From positions 1-39,851 of the IMG/VR virus record IMGVR_UViG_3300032332_002229: a DNA stretch of 39,851 nt; one strand, written 5' to 3'. A model generated the notes under the pieces. The model saw only the letters and a list, made by a program, of their open reading frames with translations, was not told the origin of the DNA and did not search any database. This document shows positions 10,072-19,080 of the stretch, piece by piece; positions within the stretch are counted from its first letter, which is position 1, and the number at the start of each line of letters is the position of its first letter. This stretch comes from a virus. Taxonomy: Duplodnaviria > Caudoviricetes. The position numbers and the translations under genes are program-made.

Positions 10072-10812
10072 TTAAAATTTATCAGGATTATAATTTATAT
10101 ATTCTATAATTTTATTAGACCATTCTAATACTTCAACTGATCCATGATGGTTCCAATTTATATAAGGTCTACTTTCTTCAAATGTTTGATCAAGAGGAGT
10201 GTTTGTTATTTCACCTCCATCAGGTCTTTTATTTAATATAGTTACATCAACCCATCTATTTAAATCTAAACCTTGATTTCTTATAGGTCTCATAACATGT
10301 TCCCACCAATCATCTAACATTGGATGACCTTGTAGAGCTCCTATATGTTTGCGAAAATCATGTGGGATTGTTGGGAAAGCATTATACCCCTCCCACCATT
10401 TATGGGTAACTCCATCTTTAATGGATTCGATATGAATTGCTATTAAAAAATTCTTTCCTTTATATGGTATGTAAAATTGTTCCCATCCTTCAGTTAACAT
10501 TTCTACATCATCATTAAGACCTAATAAAAATTCAGCTTCTGATAAAGATGAAAGATTATTCATGTGTTTATCTAAAGAGCCATAACCATTTTCTCTATCA
10601 GTAATTAATTCTTTAATTTCAACTTGGGATGTAGGTTTATATTGTTGAATAAAGTCTATTGTTTCTTGATCATCAGTATCTATTTTTAATAGAATTTCAA
10701 CTAATGATTTATCTTGGGTTTTTTTATTTAAACTGTCAAGACATTCTTTTAATAGTTTGATTCTTTTACGTGTTGGAATTAGAATACTAACTAATTTCTT
10801 ATAAGGTGTCAT
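10072..10812 (-). CDS. Glycosyltransferase family 2
   Basis: VSILIPTRKR, IDTDD and LNDDVEM (DxD-like). The likely start is ATG 10812 (MTPYKK). Confidence 0.8.
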   Translation of the reverse strand: MTPYKKLVSILIPTRKRIKLLKECLDSLNKKTQDKSLVEILLKIDTDDQETIDFIQQYKPTSQVEIKELITDRENGYGSLDKHMNNLSSLSEAEFLLGLNDDVEMLTEGWEQFYIPYKGKNFLIAIHIESIKDGVTHKWWEGYNAFPTIPHDFRKHIGALQGHPMLDDWWEHVMRPIRNQGLDLNRWVDVTILNKRPDGGEITNTPLDQTFEESRPYINWNHHGSVEVLEWSNKIIEYINYNPDKF

Positions 10813-11422
10813 ATAACTGATTTTGTTTTTCTTGTTTCTTGATTGATTTTGGGTGATATAAAGCAAAGTACTCTACATCGGGCATTGCTGTATAGTGAGT
10901 AAAGCCTTCCAAACGCTCATGTACTTTGTTTACCCATTTGATTTCCGGTTTATTTTTCCAAATACGCCATTGAAAATCAGGCCAATTAACCCAACCTTCA
11001 TCATTTACTCTCCAACCCCATTTTGCAATGTGTTCGGGAGTTAAACCGGTTACAATGTTTACTCGTGGAACTAAAAACACTTCCACCTCTTCATTTTCCT
11101 CTAATACCTCAGGTAAAACTGCTATTAGGTTTTCGTTTGGAAGTTCATCGGCATCAATCTGGAAAATGTAATCTCCACTACACAGACTGGATAGTTTATT
11201 TTTCCAGTCTGCAAAGTGTCGATTGAATTCTCCTTTATGCCACGCAAACTCTCCGTTAACGGAGTGTGAGCGTAGAAAGGATTCGATTTCAGGGTCACCA
11301 TTTGCTTCATCATATAGGATCACAATATTGTCTTGAATACGTTTGTGTTGAAGCAAAAAGTGCACTAAACGTTGAATTTCTACAAATTCATTACAGACTG
11401 TGATGGCATAACTTATTTTCAT
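10799..11422 (-). CDS. Glycosyltransferase family 2
   Basis: ISYAITVCNE, FADWKN, DYIFQIDADE, PDFQWR and KVHE. Confidence 0.88.
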   Translation of the reverse strand: MKISYAITVCNEFVEIQRLVHFLLQHKRIQDNIVILYDEANGDPEIESFLRSHSVNGEFAWHKGEFNRHFADWKNKLSSLCSGDYIFQIDADELPNENLIAVLPEVLEENEEVEVFLVPRVNIVTGLTPEHIAKWGWRVNDEGWVNWPDFQWRIWKNKPEIKWVNKVHERLEGFTHYTAMPDVEYFALYHPKSIKKQEKQNQLYDTL

Positions 11423-11427
11423 ATATC

Positions 11428-11892
11428 TTATTCTGGGATTACTCCAATATAAGAAAGAGCATCTATATAGTCACGCTCTTTAAAAGATTTCATGTTTTTC
11501 ATATCCATTCGATATTTCATAAATTCTCCAGATTTTCCAGGGATTGGGTGATTTTTACGATCTTCTTCGGGGATTTCAATTGCTTTAACAGCAGCCCAAC
11601 CCCATTCAGAAATATTAGCACCATTGGCAAATACCATACCTTGTTCAAGATTGTTGATAGTATTTGGTAACCAAATCAATCCTGTTTTTTCATCTTTCCA
11701 AGCTAAATCTTTATACAACTCAGGTAGTGTTTCCATTTGTTGCATATAAAATTCATGGTCTTCTGTCATAAATGAATTTGTCCAAAATCCACATGACAAA
11801 CTTAAGTAATTATAAATCTCAGGGGCAATCTGTACTTTATAGCACAGATCACCTCCTGATTTAGGGCAATTGATTATTTCTTCGTGTTGCAT
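11428..11892 (-). CDS. Hypothetical protein (Cys-containing N-terminus)
   Basis: 154 aa ORF whose start overlaps the upstream stop. Confidence 0.75.
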   Translation of the reverse strand: MQHEEIINCPKSGGDLCYKVQIAPEIYNYLSLSCGFWTNSFMTEDHEFYMQQMETLPELYKDLAWKDEKTGLIWLPNTINNLEQGMVFANGANISEWGWAAVKAIEIPEEDRKNHPIPGKSGEFMKYRMDMKNMKSFKERDYIDALSYIGVIPE

Positions 11893-13184
11893 TATGCTTC
11901 TACTTTTTTAAGTTTTGGTAATTCGATTTTTTTCAATTTAGGTAACTGCAATTGTACCTGTTTTGGAAAGTCAGGGATTTTTGATATGAATATATTATCA
12001 AGTTTTTCCTTCATTGCATCAAATGAGAATTTACTTCGTGATTGGAATCCTTGTCGTTTACCGTTATCAACATATCCTTTATAGTTCTCAAACATATCTT
12101 TCAAATAGTATCCTACTTGACCGGTGTTAACAGAAAACCATTCTGCTTCTTGCATTAACATTCCGTTTGCTGCTGTTGGGTGTACTTTTGTCATTTGGCC
12201 AGGCAACAACGTTACAAATTCAGGGTTCAAATAATCAATATGACCGCTCCAATTTGTTGTAATGATTGGTTTATTTGAAAGTGAGAACTCAAGTAATGGA
12301 CGACCAAATCCTTCACCTTTAGTTAAGTTAACCATTGCTTTAACTTTAGAATGGTTATAGATTTCGTTCATTTCAACATCTGTGAATTCACCATGAAGCA
12401 AATATACATTTGGTAAGTTCTTTGAATCACATGAATCTTTAATTACTTTAATTTTCTTCAAAATTTCATCACGATCCATATATGAAGCACCTACTTGTGT
12501 AGTTTTTAAAATCAATGCAGGTTTTTTACTTTTATTTTTAAATGTTTCATAAAACGCTTTAATCAACATTCCTACATTTTTTCTATCTTCACCCATTTGA
12601 CCCGGCATCCAATGTCCTACAAACAAATAAGCAAAATCCTCTTTAATTGAAGATAAATCAAAATTTGATTTTACAGGCTTATATACTTCTGTATTTGCGC
12701 CTTCAAATAGAATTTCACTATCACCCGTCCATTCAATACGTCCAACTACTTGTTGTGTTTGATTGTCTCGTTTTTCAAAACGACTGTTTTTAAGTACCTC
12801 AATTGTGTGAGTTGAAGAACCTAAAATCAAATTCATTCGTTGACATCCTTCAATCCAATCACCTGGAGCAATTGTGGTTTCAATTCCTGCAGTACATCCA
12901 ATGTTATATTTTCCTACTGGTTGGAACTCGTTTGGAACTGTAATTTGCATCCAAATTTCCGGTTGAGCTGGTAATTGTGGATTGTTTAGTATGTGTTGAT
13001 TTAAAAATTCCCATTCCGGGTTGTTTTTAATAAATCCTTTAGGGGTTTGTCCCCATCGTTGTCCTAGAATTTTTACATCGTATTTGTCCAATTCAATGAT
13101 TGCTTTAACGATATCTCTAGAACGTGCTCCATACCCACTATAAGTGTCAATTGGGCATGAAATTACAAATATTGGTTTGCTCAT
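11892..13184 (-). CDS. Glycosyltransferase family 4 (GT-B)
   Basis: SGYG, RKNV and GEGFGRPLLEF...PIITTNWSGH. Confidence 0.9.
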   Translation of the reverse strand: MSKPIFVISCPIDTYSGYGARSRDIVKAIIELDKYDVKILGQRWGQTPKGFIKNNPEWEFLNQHILNNPQLPAQPEIWMQITVPNEFQPVGKYNIGCTAGIETTIAPGDWIEGCQRMNLILGSSTHTIEVLKNSRFEKRDNQTQQVVGRIEWTGDSEILFEGANTEVYKPVKSNFDLSSIKEDFAYLFVGHWMPGQMGEDRKNVGMLIKAFYETFKNKSKKPALILKTTQVGASYMDRDEILKKIKVIKDSCDSKNLPNVYLLHGEFTDVEMNEIYNHSKVKAMVNLTKGEGFGRPLLEFSLSNKPIITTNWSGHIDYLNPEFVTLLPGQMTKVHPTAANGMLMQEAEWFSVNTGQVGYYLKDMFENYKGYVDNGKRQGFQSRSKFSFDAMKEKLDNIFISKIPDFPKQVQLQLPKLKKIELPKLKKVEA

Positions 13185-13190
13185 AACTTT

Positions 13191-14630
13191 TTAATATAAT
13201 AGTTCGTGTTTAAGTGTATCTTCTTTAATATCGCTACAGTTGATTAACTCATATTTTTCGCGTGGAGTCCACGTGTTAAATAATTTATCTACCGCCATAA
13301 TCATACGATCTCCCATAGCCTCTCCTGTAAATCCTGCTTCACCTACAGCCCATGCTCTTCCATGTTCGCCTAACTCGTTTCTTGTATCTTTGTCCATTGA
13401 ATAAACTTCAAAAATACGCTCACAAGCATCTTCAGCTGTACATCTATCGTCAAAAATATAAGGTGTTTTTGGAGAACCTTGAATTGAGCGGTTTGTTGGA
13501 TAAACCGGGAATGCCCATGAACCATGGTTTTTCAATTTACCTGTATGGTTTGAAGGTAATTCTGGTGTTGGGTTCCACCATTGACCATTTCCGTCTTCAA
13601 ATCGCATTTGATCTTGCATTCCACCTGTTACGTTTGCAATAATTGGAGTTCCTGCTAAAATTGCTTCTGTTAATGATAGACCCCATCCTTCGTTTGAAGT
13701 TAACAAAATCTGAGCATCCGCAATGTTATACAATTGGTTTAGCTGTTGGGGGGATAATTTTTCAACTGAAAAATAAATTGCATTTGGATGATCGGTAAAG
13801 AAAATTTTACGTACCGCTTCTAAATCCGTTCCATGTTCACTTACTACTTCTGTATGAAGTACCATAGCACATTTCTCTGCTTTATCTTTTGGTAAACGGT
13901 CTAAAAAGTATTTAAACGCAAGCATTGTATCCGGAATTTGTTTACGTCGAATGTTTCTTGAATTAAAAAACACTACAAAATCTTTCTCGGCTCCATTAAA
14001 TAAACCAGCTTTTACTTTATTTAATTCCTCAACTTCTGCTTCATCTTTAATTGGATAAAAATGTTTTTCATTTAATCCGTGTGGAACATACTCAATTATT
14101 TTTTTACCTGCTTTTTCACCTAATACAAGTTCGTTAATCAATTTTGTTTGTTTTGAAATTGCTAACAATGCATCACATGATTCATAATATGCTTTGTTGT
14201 AAAGCGGAGCAGGATAGTCATCCCAAATGTTCAAGTAAATGATCGGCATTGTTTTTCTAATCTCGTTTTCGATCATAAACAACCATTCAAAATATCTTGG
14301 ATCCGTGATCAACATGATTGCATCTGGTTTTTCTAAATCAATCAATTGACGAATCAAGTCCGGATCACCGTATCCATCCACTGGGTAAAGAAAAACAGAA
14401 GCATCCTGAATTCCTGCATTTGTGTTTGTGTCTGCAGAGATATCAAAACGTTTACCTTTTTCGGGGTGTTGAATTGCTCCACCAATGTTCACCCAATTGA
14501 AGTGATGGGCTGTGTTAATTACCATTTCACGAGCAACAGTTGCTACACCTGAGTGTACTCTAATGTCGTCGCAAATTAGCATGATTTTTTTCCTCTCGTT
14601 TTGAGGTAAATAACAGAATTTTTCTTTCAT
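13191..14630 (-). CDS. Glycosyltransferase family 4 (GT-B)
   Basis: SGVA, RNIRRK and LYNIAD...NEGWGLSLTEAILAGTPIIANVTGG. Confidence 0.9.
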   Translation of the reverse strand: MKEKFCYLPQNERKKIMLICDDIRVHSGVATVAREMVINTAHHFNWVNIGGAIQHPEKGKRFDISADTNTNAGIQDASVFLYPVDGYGDPDLIRQLIDLEKPDAIMLITDPRYFEWLFMIENEIRKTMPIIYLNIWDDYPAPLYNKAYYESCDALLAISKQTKLINELVLGEKAGKKIIEYVPHGLNEKHFYPIKDEAEVEELNKVKAGLFNGAEKDFVVFFNSRNIRRKQIPDTMLAFKYFLDRLPKDKAEKCAMVLHTEVVSEHGTDLEAVRKIFFTDHPNAIYFSVEKLSPQQLNQLYNIADAQILLTSNEGWGLSLTEAILAGTPIIANVTGGMQDQMRFEDGNGQWWNPTPELPSNHTGKLKNHGSWAFPVYPTNRSIQGSPKTPYIFDDRCTAEDACERIFEVYSMDKDTRNELGEHGRAWAVGEAGFTGEAMGDRMIMAVDKLFNTWTPREKYELINCSDIKEDTLKHELLY

Positions 14631-14651
14631 ATAACTTTTTAGATTTATTTA

Positions 14652-14680
14652 AATGTAACAAATTAATCTTCGCTTTCCAA
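14652..14680 (-). promoter_or_regulatory. Class A promoter TTGGAA-N17-TACATT upstream of the glycosylation island
   Basis: One of nine copies of a TTG/TAG-nnn-N17-TAnnTT motif with exact spacing, each just upstream of a gene. Confidence 0.6.
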
Positions 14681-14860
14681 ACTTAGATCATTGTGGTTGT
14701 GAACTTTTTTTCTAAAATCTTCATCCGTTAAATATAGGTGGATTGCTCTTTCACTTAATTTTTGAAACGAAAATTTACGTTTAATACATTCAATTTTAAA
14801 TTTGTCGAATAGATCCGTGTCTATTTTTACGGATGTTAATACTTGGTTTTTCTCACTCAT
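14663..14860 (-). CDS. Small ribbon-helix-helix-like DNA-binding protein
   Basis: LTSVKIDTDLFDKFKIECIKRKFSFQKLSERAIHLYL fits a strand-helix-helix pattern. Confidence 0.55.
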   Translation of the reverse strand: MSEKNQVLTSVKIDTDLFDKFKIECIKRKFSFQKLSERAIHLYLTDEDFRKKVHNHNDLSLESED

Positions 14861-14884
14861 ATGTTTTATGTTTATATTATCATA

Positions 14885-14893
14885 TATACATAT
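14885..14893 (-). promoter_or_regulatory. Class B upstream motif ATATGTATA
   Basis: Recurring intergenic ATAT(T/G)TAT(A/G) motif. Confidence 0.4.
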
Positions 14894-14902
14894 GGTGGTA
14901 TA

Positions 14903-15844
14903 TTAGTAGGTTGCAGAGCATAAATGAGTCTTATGAAATACACACCATTTACAATTATTGTTTACTTGCAATGGATGTTCTACTTTTTTATACCCATTTA
15001 AATCAAATGCTTGATCTATAAAATTTTGTAACGCTTGTGTTACTCTGTTTACTTTTACTTTTCCGGATGGAGGGGAAAACTTTTGAATTCTTCTAATAAC
15101 AAAATCTTCACTTTCAAATAGTTTACGTTTTACAATAAAGAATTCTACATCAATGTTGTCAATTGGGAAATTAAATTGCTCTGAAAAGAATTTCTTGTAT
15201 AATATAAGTTGAAACTGTTTGTTTTCGTCTTTTTTCTGCTTGTCGTTCCAACCTGAAGTAGATGTTTTTAAGTCTATGATATGGATTTTGTTGGTTGGTT
15301 CATGGTATAAAACAATGTCCAAATAACCTTGATAAATTACGTTTGGTAATTTTGGGTCAGGGTATCTTGAAATAGGAATTTCACATCCAACTAGATGCCA
15401 ACCACGTTTAGAGAAGTGTTTTGCTTTGTTTTTTGCAAAATCTCTTATGATCTCGATTCCGTCTTCAAAGAACTCTCTAAGTTCATCGGGGGTGGAAAAG
15501 TGTTGCTTTTTGTTTGCTTTATATTGTTTAACATATTCTTCTCTCAATTTGTCTTCAAATATTTCATAGGTGTTGAGTTTGTCTGCTTCTGCTCCGCTTT
15601 GCTCGTACATTACTGTTAGGTAATGTTGAATTACCTCGTGTAAAGCAGTTCCAAATACAGTGTGAATTGTGGAAGTAAATTGCTTGTGCCCTTCAACATA
15701 TTGTAAAGACCATTTTTTAGGACATTCATTGAACATTGAAAATTGAGAGTAGGAGATCATTTTTTGATTTGCCCAATCTATTTCCTTTTTTTGAAATGCT
15801 CTAACTTCTTTTACTATTTGAGGTATAACCTTCTTTTTTGACAT
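14903..15844 (-). CDS. PD-(D/E)XK nuclease (RecB/Cas4-like exonuclease)
   Basis: ISYSQ...CPKKW, FGTALHE, GYLD, IIDLKTS, QLILY and C-terminal CKWC...C. Confidence 0.88.
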   Translation of the reverse strand: MSKKKVIPQIVKEVRAFQKKEIDWANQKMISYSQFSMFNECPKKWSLQYVEGHKQFTSTIHTVFGTALHEVIQHYLTVMYEQSGAEADKLNTYEIFEDKLREEYVKQYKANKKQHFSTPDELREFFEDGIEIIRDFAKNKAKHFSKRGWHLVGCEIPISRYPDPKLPNVIYQGYLDIVLYHEPTNKIHIIDLKTSTSGWNDKQKKDENKQFQLILYKKFFSEQFNFPIDNIDVEFFIVKRKLFESEDFVIRRIQKFSPPSGKVKVNRVTQALQNFIDQAFDLNGYKKVEHPLQVNNNCKWCVFHKTHLCSATY

Positions 15845-15850
15845 AACTTA

Positions 15851-15879
15851 AAGATACAAAAACTTTATTGTATTTCCAA
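15851..15879 (-). promoter_or_regulatory. Class A promoter TTGGAA-N17-TATCTT
   Basis: Exact 17 nt spacer, 6 nt before the nuclease ATG. Confidence 0.62.
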
Positions 15880-15881
15880 GG

Positions 15882-15943
15882 AAAAAGAAACCTCCACGAT
15901 AGCGAACGTTGGAGGTTTCGCCGTTACAGTTTTGTAACGGTCC
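15882..15943 (-). terminator. Double hairpin; the second is an intrinsic terminator
   Basis: CCGTTACA-AAAC-TGTAACGG, then GAAACCTCCA-ACGTTCGCTATCG-TGGAGGTTTC-TTTTT on the minus strand. Confidence 0.75.
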
Positions 15944-15949
15944 TAAATA

Positions 15950-16057
15950 TTATTTATATTCGTTCAACAATTGAGTATTTTTTTCAATCATTTTAAGGCG
16001 TTTAACTAGATTTCCTCTATTACGCTTTGGTTTGCCTTCTTTTTTTGCTTTAGCCAT
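15950..16057 (-). CDS. Small basic peptide (35 aa), missed by the ORF track
   Basis: MAKAKKEGKPKRNRGNLVKRLKMIEKNTQLLNEYK. Starts 1 nt after the upstream stop and ends just before the terminator. Confidence 0.6.
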   Translation of the reverse strand: MAKAKKEGKPKRNRGNLVKRLKMIEKNTQLLNEYK

Positions 16058-16058
16058 C

Positions 16059-16295
16059 TTACTTTATAATACCGGCTCTAACTTTCCAGGCTCTAATTTC
16101 AGCTAATTCTTCTTCTGTTGAATCCACTATTGTATCGTAATCGTTCATTGACAATGTTCTTCCAGTTTCGCTTAAACGGATAATGTTTTCAGCAATACTA
16201 TGTAAGTCCATGTCTGTTTGAGCATTTTCTCTAGCATATTCGAGTAAGCGAATAAATAGAGGAACGTCTACGGTTATTTTGTCTTGTGGGTTCAT
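16059..16295 (-). CDS. Hypothetical protein with a C-terminal RAGIIK tag
   Basis: 78 aa ending EIRAWKVRAGIIK; the same ending occurs in 19678..20637. Confidence 0.75.
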   Translation of the reverse strand: MNPQDKITVDVPLFIRLLEYARENAQTDMDLHSIAENIIRLSETGRTLSMNDYDTIVDSTEEELAEIRAWKVRAGIIK

Positions 16296-16296
16296 A

Positions 16297-17019
16297 TTAC
16301 TTTACAAGATTTTTTACAGCATTTACAAAGTTCATATATTCTTGATAAATAAAATCTCTTTCATCAGGTCCATAACCTTTTACAAGATCTGTTTCTAACA
16401 TATCCATTACAATATCATTAATTGCATCCAAATTAGCTAAAATGTTTATTCTAGGATTATCTGTTCTTTTATAAAAACGTTTAGCTGTAAAAAGATCATC
16501 ATCTCCTTCTTCTAAGGTTTCTTCTTTCAATTTTCCGTACATTACTGCACCTGCTACTTTTTCTCCTGCTTCTTTTGAACCATATTGTTTAGCAGCTGAT
16601 TTAGCAATTTTTTCAAAGTTTTTACCTTTTTCGCCAATGTCTTTTCCTGCACGTGCTTTTTTAGCCATTGCTGAGCGTTCTTTGGCTGTGCCCGGTTTTT
16701 TATTTTCGGCCATTTCTGCTTCTGATTCAGTGCGTTCTTCCATATCCTCAACAGTGTCTTCTTCGTTGACATCTTTAATGTCATCTCTTTCTCTGTTTGG
16801 CTTGATTTGGTAACGCTCACCTAAAAAGTGTTCAAACGCCATTTCGTAATCTGCTTTAGCACGAGGTGGGATTTGGTTAATTGCTCCAATTCCAACAATA
16901 CCTCCGATCATAGATTCGTTTAAAGATGTTTTTTCAGCATTTTCTTCTAGTTTTGCTTTATATTCACTTTCTGTGATTACACCTGAAAGCATTTGCATGC
17001 GTAAGTTTTCGTTTGTCAT
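16297..17019 (-). CDS. Hypothetical protein with an RMQMLxG-type leader (putative virion-internal protein)
   Basis: Starts MTNENLRMQMLSGVITESEY. Acidic and basic blocks with several L/I/V-x-E motifs. Confidence 0.8.
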   Translation of the reverse strand: MTNENLRMQMLSGVITESEYKAKLEENAEKTSLNESMIGGIVGIGAINQIPPRAKADYEMAFEHFLGERYQIKPNRERDDIKDVNEEDTVEDMEERTESEAEMAENKKPGTAKERSAMAKKARAGKDIGEKGKNFEKIAKSAAKQYGSKEAGEKVAGAVMYGKLKEETLEEGDDDLFTAKRFYKRTDNPRINILANLDAINDIVMDMLETDLVKGYGPDERDFIYQEYMNFVNAVKNLVK

Positions 17020-17033
17020 TTTAGATATTTTAT

Positions 17034-17042
17034 TATAAATAT
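17034..17042 (-). promoter_or_regulatory. Class B (putative late) promoter motif ATATTTATA
   Basis: Intergenic, 14 nt upstream of the ATG; recurs before the other tagged genes. Confidence 0.55.
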
Positions 17043-17293
17043 TATAGTCCTTTTGTCTCTACAATTTTCTTTAATTTTTCCAAGTACAATATAGCATCCA
17101 TATGTTCTTGTTTAGCATGCTCGATCCACTCTAAAACGCTTAAATCTTCACGATCTAAATCAACACCGTATTTTGTTTTACCAAATGAAGCTCTTGATAC
17201 AAACTGGTCAATGATTGAATCAACAACTGAATCTGTTTTTTGGATGAATCTATATTCTTCTAAGGTTGTTCTTTGGGGATTATCAGTATCCAT
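17042..17293 (-). CDS. Small phage protein, possibly of the all-alpha NTP pyrophosphatase (MazG-like) type
   Basis: GKTKYG...EWIEHAKQEHMDAILYL, with acidic residues spaced as in MazG-like helices. Confidence 0.55.
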   Translation of the reverse strand: MDTDNPQRTTLEEYRFIQKTDSVVDSIIDQFVSRASFGKTKYGVDLDREDLSVLEWIEHAKQEHMDAILYLEKLKKIVETKGL

Positions 17294-17721
17294 TATTTTA
17301 ATAACTTTTTAATTTCTTTTTCTTCTACTCCCATATCATATAACACTCTTCGAGTACCGTTTTCTCGTAAAATGTCGATATATTCTTCTGCTTCGCCTAA
17401 ACTACATTCAAAATGCTTTGCTACGTATTCTACTAAAGTGGCTGGTTTTTTGTCTCGTTTGCTCTTGAGATATTTCAAGAATGTTTTAGCTTTTGGGATC
17501 ATTTCTCTATAAATTGAATATATTTGTTGTTTGTTATCGTACGGAATCGTTTGAATATAGTTTACCAGCTCAATGTAACGTATATCCATCGATACATATC
17601 GATTGATCATGTAAGAATTCCATTTATCCCACGATTCTTCCGAAATATTTTCAATAGGTGTTTTATAGAGGGTGATTTCATTTAACCACCCCCATATATC
17701 CTTTATCTGCTTCTTAGACAT
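17293..17721 (-). CDS. Clamp loader small subunit (T4 gp62-like)
   Basis: YMINRYVSM...LVNYIQ...IPKAKTFLKYLK and a C-terminal YVAKHFECSLGEAEEY helix. Lies near the gp44-like gene. Confidence 0.7.
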   Translation of the reverse strand: MSKKQIKDIWGWLNEITLYKTPIENISEESWDKWNSYMINRYVSMDIRYIELVNYIQTIPYDNKQQIYSIYREMIPKAKTFLKYLKSKRDKKPATLVEYVAKHFECSLGEAEEYIDILRENGTRRVLYDMGVEEKEIKKLLK

Positions 17722-17959
17722 CTAGAGAAATGTCTTTATATTCCTCACGCAATTCAGGTGGAAGCGAGTCAGGTAGGATTTTCTTGCTTTCCAAATCATA
17801 AAATACTGGGATAGGAATCAAGGCATCTTCTTCAGCTCCAACTAGAAATTTAGAGATTTTACGGATAATAACTGCTTGTCCGAATAGTTTTCCTCCGTCA
17901 AACCCTTCTACAGAAGTAGTGTTTACGAAGTCAATGTTCATTTGAGGTTGTTTTTGCAT
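17714..17959 (-). CDS. Hypothetical protein
   Basis: 81 aa ORF in the operon. Confidence 0.7.
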   Translation of the reverse strand: MQKQPQMNIDFVNTTSVEGFDGGKLFGQAVIIRKISKFLVGAEEDALIPIPVFYDLESKKILPDSLPPELREEYKDISLDV

Positions 17960-17965
17960 ATGTGT

Positions 17966-18169
17966 TTATTTATTTGTTTTTTCTTTTTTATATTCTATAA
18001 AATCATGTATAAATCCTGCTGCAACTATCAAGTTCATACCCATTGACATTAATATTTCCATTATATCAGCATACATTGTAGTCATCAAATGTATATGCCC
18101 TACTGTCCAGAAAGGTACGGCTAGATTATTTGATACCCACGAAAGAGTGTATTTTAAAAAATGAATCAT
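17966..18169 (-). CDS. Hypothetical small membrane protein
   Basis: Hydrophobic 67 aa ORF with an ATGA overlap with the clamp-loader stop. Confidence 0.55.
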   Translation of the reverse strand: MIHFLKYTLSWVSNNLAVPFWTVGHIHLMTTMYADIMEILMSMGMNLIVAAGFIHDFIEYKKEKTNK

Positions 18170-19074
18170 AGCACGTCTATAATTTTAGCTATAGCGGACA
18201 TTACATTAATTTCTTTATCAATTCTAAAATTTGCTTGATATAAATGCTCGTTTAATATAATTGCAACCATACCTTCTTTTCCAGGTGCATATTTTGAAGC
18301 ATATTCAAATAAATTGCGATACAGTTCTTCAAAATCTTTAATATTTGAATCCGCGATAATTTGTCGAATAGTAAGCCATTTTTTACCACCCATCAACTCT
18401 TTCAATACCTCTTTAATATAATTGTTTGAGGTTAAAACCGTTTTATCAAGTACAACCATATCATCTTTTACAGACATTTGTAAAACGTTTAACATTTTAC
18501 GCATGTCAGGATAATTTTGTACAATTAGTGTTTTAATATCTTCTGGCTCGTACGATAAAGATAATTGATCCGCTAATATCCAAGTTAAATGGTTGTACAC
18601 ATCCATTTTAGTTGGAGGTGTAATTTTAATGGTATGGCATCTGGATTGTAAGGGATCAATGATTCGCTCTATAAAGTTGCAAGTTAAGATAAAACGAGTT
18701 GAGCGAGAAAATGTTTCAATTACGTTTCGTAAAGCGGCTTGTCCTTGAATGGTAATAAAATCTGCCTCGTCCAATATTACTACTTTAATACCTTTCCAAG
18801 ATGCAGCACTAGCGAATCCCTTTACTTTATCTCTAATAGTGTCAATTCCGTTTTCATCACTCGCATTGATGTAAAGGTAATCGCAATCGAGATTTTTAAC
18901 TATGATTTTTGCTAGTGTAGTTTTACCACAGCCAGGTGGACCATAGAAGATAAAATTTTGGATGTCACCTTGATCAATGTAGGTTTGGATTGTATCTTTG
19001 ATACTTTCGTTTCCAACGTAATATTTGAGTTCGGTAGGGCGAAAACGCTCTACATATAGTGTATTTTCTTTCAT
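18166..19074 (-). CDS. Clamp loader ATPase subunit (T4 gp44/RFC small subunit-like)
   Basis: YVERFRP, GPPGCGKTT, INASDENG, ILDEAD and the SRC motif. The likely start is ATG 19074 (MKENTL). Confidence 0.95.
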   Translation of the reverse strand: MKENTLYVERFRPTELKYYVGNESIKDTIQTYIDQGDIQNFIFYGPPGCGKTTLAKIIVKNLDCDYLYINASDENGIDTIRDKVKGFASAASWKGIKVVILDEADFITIQGQAALRNVIETFSRSTRFILTCNFIERIIDPLQSRCHTIKITPPTKMDVYNHLTWILADQLSLSYEPEDIKTLIVQNYPDMRKMLNVLQMSVKDDMVVLDKTVLTSNNYIKEVLKELMGGKKWLTIRQIIADSNIKDFEELYRNLFEYASKYAPGKEGMVAIILNEHLYQANFRIDKEINVMSAIAKIIDVL

Positions 19075-19080
19075 AACCTT

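Noticed and set aside
1109-14630. Bacterial O-antigen or capsule locus (cellular origin of the window)
   Set aside because: There is no wzx, wzy, wzm or priming transferase, and the flanking T4-type polymerase, clamp and loader with dense single-strand orphans indicate a phage.
14903-15844. Cas4 of a CRISPR-Cas system
   Set aside because: No array or other cas genes are visible, and stand-alone Cas4-like nucleases are common in phages.
15882-15943. tRNA gene (GTTCG resembles a T-loop)
   Set aside because: It has two hairpins only, with no acceptor stem or cloverleaf. No tRNA or rRNA was recognised anywhere in the window.
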